DNA of 24,457 nucleotides from a virus (lineage: Duplodnaviria; Caudoviricetes): the IMG/VR virus record IMGVR_UViG_3300025071_000050, positions 1-24,457 of that record. One strand, 5' to 3'. A program made the translations under genes and the position numbers. Shown here in pieces: positions 19,403 to 24,457 of this stretch. The notes under the pieces are model-generated. The model had not been told where the DNA came from and did not search any database. It saw nothing but the letters and a program-made list of their open reading frames with translations. Within the stretch, counting starts at the first letter, position 1. The number at the start of each line of letters is the position of its first letter.

Positions 19403-20926
19403 TTACATTCTAGCCCACAATCCTTGTCTTCTTCGTGGCTTATTAGTTCGTGCAAACACATCAAAGTTGCGTTGTACTACTGTAGCTTGCGCTGGTTTCT
19501 GGTTACTTATAAGGTTTCTACCTTCTCCAGCCCCTAATAGTAGGTACTGTAAGGCATCATGTATGTGTGAATACATATTCTTATCTGGTTTATCTGCGTA
19601 TCTTTCTCCAGATACTTCCATTCTGCGGTAGGAATACCCACCTTCGAATCCTTTTATAAGCGTTGAGCATCTTCTGTCTAGAAGAAACGCTGGCTTTCCT
19701 TCGGACATTTTGTTTAATTGTGATGAGACAGCCTCCAATCTTAGGTCAACAGAGTTACTTGGTGCAGGAACTGCTCTTAATCCAGCCCCTCGAAGTATGT
19801 GGAATGGTGTAGATTCATCAGTCTGCGCTCTAAAATCCCCAGCAGGGTCACCGAAAATAAGAACATCAGGACAGTCAGGAAAGCGTGTAGCGAGTTCTTC
19901 CCTTAGTACTTCCGCAAACCTAACGATACCCATGTCTATGGCTACAATCTCGGACTGTATCAGCCATCTACCACGAACCTTCTGTCCTAATACTGCGGCT
20001 GGAGTAAGCCCAAAGTCTATTCCTACATAAAGAGGCAGAGAAGCAGCCACTGGGATTTCTTCTTTAGCAACGTGTGTGTCAGTTACAAACATAGAATATA
20101 CAGGCTTTCCGTCTTGGATTGTGCCTAGTCTATTCATAACATACACATCAATCCAGCTTTTTGTTTTACCCTGTACTAGATTAGGATAATAACTCTTTAA
20201 CATATTCTTTACATTCTCAGCTACCTTATTAGGTGCATAGTTCTCTATCTCTCCGTCCTCATCCTTTAGCTCAACCATCCCAGAGGGCTGGGTATAGAAG
20301 CTCCAGTTAGTAGGTTTAACTAACATCTTAGCCTGTTCTCTAGGTATATGGTCAGGAACAGGAACCTCTCCAGACATAATAGGCCACCAATGGTCTTCCT
20401 CTGGTGCGTTAGTATCAGCAATAACCCCAGTCCATGTAGGGCCACCATCGCGCATAGAAGGAAAACGACCCACTCTCATAGTACACGCATCAATAATACT
20501 CTTGCCTAACTCTCTAGCCTCGTTAATCCAGATGCCAGTAACCTCTAGCGACAACAGTTTCTTTACATCCTCAGGTCTATCAAGAGCTAAAAAAATTACC
20601 TCAAGGTCTATATCACCCTTCTTAATGCGATGAGTATAAGGAACAGACCAATTAAACTTACCCCACTCATTCTCTGGAAACCAATCTAACCAAGTCTTAA
20701 TTGTAGTAGTTCGAAGCTGGGGATTGGTATTTCGTATGATAGCCCACCGACTCTTACGTATTCCATCAGCAGACTTCTCCTGACTTAACGCCCTGCGAAA
20801 CACCTCAATGCAACACGCAACAGACTTACCACTACCAACAGGACCTCGAATACCACGAAAAAAAGTATTGTCCTTCATAAAGGTCTTTAATACTTCCCCA
20901 TCAGGCTTGTACTTAAAGTCAATCAT
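19403..20926 (-). CDS. terL: Terminase large subunit
   Basis: Walker A GPVGSGKS, Walker B-like WINEARE, DTN coupling motif, nuclease motifs GIDFG, GDPAG and HIHDALQY. Confidence 0.95.
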   Translation of the reverse strand: MIDFKYKPDGEVLKTFMKDNTFFRGIRGPVGSGKSVACCIEVFRRALSQEKSADGIRKSRWAIIRNTNPQLRTTTIKTWLDWFPENEWGKFNWSVPYTHRIKKGDIDLEVIFLALDRPEDVKKLLSLEVTGIWINEARELGKSIIDACTMRVGRFPSMRDGGPTWTGVIADTNAPEEDHWWPIMSGEVPVPDHIPREQAKMLVKPTNWSFYTQPSGMVELKDEDGEIENYAPNKVAENVKNMLKSYYPNLVQGKTKSWIDVYVMNRLGTIQDGKPVYSMFVTDTHVAKEEIPVAASLPLYVGIDFGLTPAAVLGQKVRGRWLIQSEIVAIDMGIVRFAEVLREELATRFPDCPDVLIFGDPAGDFRAQTDESTPFHILRGAGLRAVPAPSNSVDLRLEAVSSQLNKMSEGKPAFLLDRRCSTLIKGFEGGYSYRRMEVSGERYADKPDKNMYSHIHDALQYLLLGAGEGRNLISNQKPAQATVVQRNFDVFARTNKPRRRQGLWARM

Positions 20927-21117
20927 TTGTCAGCAATACCACTGTCACGACCAACCCTTAACAGTCTAGCCACAGTAGAAGGAGCTAAAGAATCAATAAG
21001 CTTGTCAGCCTCATAGTCAGTAACAAACTCCTTAGGATGATGCTTGAAGTTAACCCTCTTTACTATCTTCCTCAACATATCTAACTCCGAACCCTTAATC
21101 GTACTAATAAAACTCAT
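20923..21117 (-). CDS. Hypothetical protein (64 aa) coupled to TerL
   Basis: RBS AAGG; ATGA overlap with the TerL start. Confidence 0.75.
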   Translation of the reverse strand: MSFISTIKGSELDMLRKIVKRVNFKHHPKEFVTDYEADKLIDSLAPSTVARLLRVGRDSGIADK

Positions 21118-21197
21118 ATCGAACCTTTCTCAAGAAAAATGCTAGTGGTAGACCTATTGCAACACAGTGACCGAATGTTTTAAGCCCCCCCTCTGCA

Positions 21198-21575
21198 TTA
21201 CGACAGGTCTATAGAGACACGAATGTCACCAGCTACCTGCACTTGACTCCTATCTATTGGCTTGAACCCTGCTCTGTCTAGCAAGTCCTTGCTTGCTTCC
21301 AGCTGAACATACTCACTCTTAGCACCCTTACTCAGTCCTGCTAACTGGTATACAGCTGCAGGAGCAAGTCTACTAAACTGTTCTGTCACCACTGTCATCA
21401 AGTGCTGTTGCACGTGTGCTGTCTTCAATGCCTTTTGTGCTGTGACTCTACCGCTGTCACCTTCTGCGTATCCTGCGGTCTTTGCAGCTTGCGTGACATT
21501 CCCTCCATTTGCTACATATGCATCAACTAAAGCTATCTGTCTTTTGGTTAGTTTTCTTACTGCTACTTGGTTCAT
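21198..21575 (-). CDS. terS: Terminase small subunit
   Basis: LTKRQIALVDAYV..GGNVTQAAKTAGY HTH motif; ASKDLLDRAG C-terminal motif. Confidence 0.88.
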   Translation of the reverse strand: MNQVAVRKLTKRQIALVDAYVANGGNVTQAAKTAGYAEGDSGRVTAQKALKTAHVQQHLMTVVTEQFSRLAPAAVYQLAGLSKGAKSEYVQLEASKDLLDRAGFKPIDRSQVQVAGDIRVSIDLS

Positions 21576-21614
21576 CTCTTGTTACAACCCCCTCTCCTTA
21601 CCTCTCCCCCTTCA

Positions 21615-21651
21615 CAGATAGCTTGTTACAAATGTACGTGTCAACTCACAA
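21615..21651 (-). promoter_or_regulatory. Putative promoter of the late operon upstream of terS
   Basis: TTGTGAG-TTGACA-18 nt-TATCTG; perfect sigma70 -35 plus the shared upstream extension. Confidence 0.7.
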
Positions 21652-22061
21652 ATCAAACTACTGTCATAAGTATGCTAAAGAAGCACCTTATTACTGCTAT
21701 CTCACCCAGAATCAGCCTCGTAGTTCCGCCTTTAGTTCGCTGGCTCTGTCATTTCTCACCATGAATTGTCCAAATAGAGTCACCTCAAAGCCATCTTAAC
21801 CAACCACAACAATCTCGAGAGGTCAGTACCTATATCGAGGATGGCTTTGTCACGACCTGTCTACTCTTGCAACTGACACTAGCCTACTCATTCCGTCTTT
21901 TCTTATTCACGAAGCCGATTGTTACCTTCATGCTACAGGCTTACGAAAGCTCGCTTTTTGTCTAGGTAATGTCTTGCCGAAATGTTCATAACTTGTCGAA
22001 GAGTAAGTCACTATTGCTTGAGAAGTTTATGTTGAATGAAATCTTTCTTATGTGAATCTGT

Positions 22062-22354
22062 TCCTGTCATATCGCGAGGGAAATTCCTCGTGTCTTGTCT
22101 GCCATATCCTATCTGGTCAGAAAAGAGAAACGGACGTATCCATACACGACCTTGTGCGGATGCTATTCCACCTTTGGTGGGCATCCTTTATTGAATAGAC
22201 CCTCGTCAGTTTATCTTGTCCGATGGTTGTGGCTAGGTCGTGGTTTATTTAATGCCTATTTATTTAACCACGCTAGATATTATCTGTTGGCTGGGCCAGA
22301 TAGGATATGGCTGTCAAGTCTAAGTACGAGGAATTTCCCTCGCGTATAACAGGA
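22062..22354. repeat. Long nested inverted repeat (candidate structured RNA or cruciform)
   Basis: Perfect 19-bp (22073-22091/22326-22344) and 16-bp (22101-22116/22296-22311) complementary arms, plus a 6-bp outer pair (22062-22067/22349-22354). Confidence 0.9.
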
Positions 22355-22361
22355 GATTAAC

Positions 22362-22757
22362 ATGAAAGATTTAATTAAACATAAACTAGCAATAGCAACT
22401 TACTCTTCAACAAGTTCTGAACAGCAAGACGACTACCTAAACAAAAAGCGAGCTTCCGACGCTATCTATTCAGGTAACAATCGTCTTCAGTTCTTTAAGA
22501 AAAGACTACATGAGCAGGCTACTAAGATGTCAGCTGCAATCGCAGACAACGATGACAAAGCCATCCTCAATCTAGCTACTTGGATTGACCTCTCCGAAAA
22601 GATTGTTGCGGTTGCCCAAGATGACTTCGATGCCGACCAGTCTGTATTCGAACAACTACATGGCGAGAAATGGCAGGCCAACGCGCCATCTAAAGCCCGA
22701 ACTACTCATCTAACTCAGGATGAGATAGAAGAAATCAAAGAAAGGTATGCTTCATAG
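22362..22757 (+). CDS. Hypothetical helical protein, first gene of the divergent early arm
   Basis: Strong RBS CAGGAG 6 nt before the ATG; 131 aa; coiled-coil character. Confidence 0.85.
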   Translation: MKDLIKHKLAIATYSSTSSEQQDDYLNKKRASDAIYSGNNRLQFFKKRLHEQATKMSAAIADNDDKAILNLATWIDLSEKIVAVAQDDFDADQSVFEQLHGEKWQANAPSKARTTHLTQDEIEEIKERYAS

Positions 22758-22772
22758 CATACTTACTTTATC

Positions 22773-22796
22773 GAGGTAGGCTTTCGGGTCTACCTC
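22773..22796 (+). other. UUCG-tetraloop hairpin after the first early gene
   Basis: GAGGTAGGCT-TTCG-GGTCTACCTC, a 10-bp stem with two G-U pairs that form on the + transcript; no U-tract. Confidence 0.7.
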
Positions 22797-22815
22797 ACAG
22801 CAAAAGGACAGACTG

Positions 22816-22899
22816 ATGGCACAAGATTTAATCGGAATTGTAGCTCTATGCGTTATCGTTGCAGGCGTGTTACTGATAGGTGAGGGTTTCGGCTTATAG
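22816..22899 (+). CDS. 27-aa single-pass membrane peptide (below the ORF-track cutoff)
   Basis: AAGGA at 22804-22808, 7-nt spacer, MAQDLIGIVALCVIVAGVLLIGEGFGL*. Confidence 0.7.
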   Translation: MAQDLIGIVALCVIVAGVLLIGEGFGL

Positions 22900-23016
22900 C
22901 TGGCACCTTCACAGTCCTGTTGCAAGTACTGTTACCAAAGGGAGGATGCCTCCCCCGAGAGCGACACCTATAAGATACAATTAGAAAGTGAATCAATTCA
23001 TTTAAAGGAGAATACA

Positions 23017-23886
23017 ATGTTAGATACAATTACGCATGACTATGACTTCCAAGTAGTAGAAGAGAAAGCATACTTGGCAGATGGTACAGCAATACCAGAC
23101 ATGAAGATACTTAGACATCCAGATACAGGGTTTATTCTAGGTAGACACAGCAGTAATTACAAACCTATCAACTACGAAGAGATGGTTGATAACTTACTAG
23201 TTGGTCTTAATAACTCAGACATATCTCAAGATTACACTACTGATATCAAGGTACATAACGGTGGACGTAAGCTTAAAGCTACTGTGTTATTCAATGACAT
23301 AACAATCAACCCATCCCCTCAACTCAATGACCTAACTCATTACAGAATCAATATGTTTAGTAGTCATGACGGTACTTGGCCTTACATTATTAGTGCCGAT
23401 GGCTTGCGATTAACCTGTCTAAATGGACAGACATTTGCTGACCCACTATCTAAGATAAGACTCAAGCATACCTCAAGGGTAAGCATAGATGATACAGCTA
23501 GACATGTGCTTAACAATTACGAGACCTTCAAAGATAAAGAAGAAATGTGGAGTGAGTATGCTTATACTAGTATCTATGAGACAGAGGTAGAAGATTTTTT
23601 CAAGGCTAATATAGTTAAGAAGAAAACATATTCATCAGTCAGGCATAACAACGAGCGTCAGTTAGAAAACCTGATGAGTTTATATCACGACCATTCTAGC
23701 TGGATGGGTCACAACAAATGGTCTTTGTATAATTGTCTTACATCATGGGCTACTCACACTGACTTCACTGATAACTCAGGCAAGCGTCTGTCTAAGAGTC
23801 CACACAATACCTCAGTAGAAAGGGAAGCTATGATTGCTAAAGCAATGGACACTGAATACTGGCACACATTAGGTAGAAAGTTATGA
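23017..23886 (+). CDS. DUF932-family protein
   Basis: LGRHSSNYKPINYEE, FSSHDGT, RLTCLNGQ, KHT and KWSLYNCLTSWATH motifs; RBS AAGGAG. Confidence 0.85.
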   Translation: MLDTITHDYDFQVVEEKAYLADGTAIPDMKILRHPDTGFILGRHSSNYKPINYEEMVDNLLVGLNNSDISQDYTTDIKVHNGGRKLKATVLFNDITINPSPQLNDLTHYRINMFSSHDGTWPYIISADGLRLTCLNGQTFADPLSKIRLKHTSRVSIDDTARHVLNNYETFKDKEEMWSEYAYTSIYETEVEDFFKANIVKKKTYSSVRHNNERQLENLMSLYHDHSSWMGHNKWSLYNCLTSWATHTDFTDNSGKRLSKSPHNTSVEREAMIAKAMDTEYWHTLGRKL

Positions 23887-24065
23887 GCATAATTAAATGT
23901 AATGAGTGTGATGGCACTGGTATGGTAGACAACTACTATGCTAGTCCATCATACAACCCAACGTCCTCTGACTACGGAGTAGCAGGGATGTCAAGCAACC
24001 CAAAGGTTTATTTTTCACACAAAGAAGAACTCTGCCTTAAATGTAATGGAGATGGACATGAGTAA
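23883..24065 (+). CDS. Small Zn-finger protein (DnaJ-type CxxCxGxG pair)
   Basis: CNECDGTG and CLKCNGDG; ATGA overlap with the upstream gene. Confidence 0.8.
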   Translation: MSIIKCNECDGTGMVDNYYASPSYNPTSSDYGVAGMSSNPKVYFSHKEELCLKCNGDGHE

Positions 24066-24447
24066 TCCAATGAATGAGCTAGATAAATTAGCAAGTGGCT
24101 TAGAAAAATTAAGCATACGACAAATAAAAGAGAAAGAAACTATATCGTTAGAAGATGCTGTGCAAAATAGTAAAGCTGAAAAATCACGTGAGTTTTTACA
24201 AGAAGCACACGGTATTGTGTATGGTGACAGACACGAAGAGTATGGTGATGCAGCTAATAACTTTGATGACATTGCTAGGATGTGGACTGACTGGAATAGA
24301 GGCTATCATTTTACTAAAGAAGATGTAGCAATGATGATGATAATGGTTAAGATAGCACGCTGTCATCAGAACTGGACTGAAGATAGCCTTAAAGATATCG
24401 TAGGTTATTGTACAATTCTACATAGATTTAAATTTCTTGATGATTAG
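24058..24447 (+). CDS. DUF6378-like phage protein
   Basis: GDRHEEYGDAANNFDDIARMW...DVAMMMIMVKIAR...DSLKDIVGY. The ATG at 24058 is preferred over 24046 because GGAG lies 6 nt upstream of it. Confidence 0.75.
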   Translation: MSNPMNELDKLASGLEKLSIRQIKEKETISLEDAVQNSKAEKSREFLQEAHGIVYGDRHEEYGDAANNFDDIARMWTDWNRGYHFTKEDVAMMMIMVKIARCHQNWTEDSLKDIVGYCTILHRFKFLDD

Positions 24448-24457
24448 TATTGACCAA

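Noticed and set aside
3654-20030. Numerous short opposite-strand or alternate-frame ORFs in the supplied track
   Set aside because: Shadows of long, well-supported minus-strand genes.
21509-21799. Plus-strand ORFs of 96 and 65 aa
   Set aside because: Overlap terS and its promoter in antisense; no RBS or recognisable motifs.
22095-22349. 84-aa ORF across the inverted repeat
   Set aside because: TTG start, no RBS, unnatural composition; region better explained as structured non-coding sequence.
22811-22830. CTGATG resembling a hammerhead core
   Set aside because: Reads CTGATGG rather than CUGANGA, with no matching GAAA core or stems; it is the peptide start.

Overview
A 24.5-kb segment of a tailed-phage (podovirus) genome, probably from a marine alphaproteobacterial host (inferred from gene content only). 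Positions 1-21575 hold a tightly packed minus-strand morphogenesis operon of T7/BPP-1-like structural type: TerS, a small ORF, TerL, a small virion protein, portal, a Bbp19-like protein, scaffold, a GNAT/gp13-like protein, major capsid, a small capsid-associated protein, tail tubular A and B, three internal (ejection) proteins, tail fibre and a truncated LamG-like protein. A ~790-bp non-coding divergent region follows, then plus-strand early-type genes (hypothetical, an unannotated 27-aa membrane peptide, DUF932-like, Zn finger, DUF6378-like). Main observations: (1) a ~290-nt nested inverted-repeat structure that pairs with the RBS of the first early gene; (2) a TTGTG(A/C)GTTG extended -35 motif repeated at four late-module starts; (3) an ejection protein carrying an HExxH metallopeptidase-like insert that appears interrupted by an ADP-ribosyltransferase-like segment; (4) a hairpin-bridged Shine-Dalgarno site. 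All family calls come from motif recognition and synteny; no database search was run.
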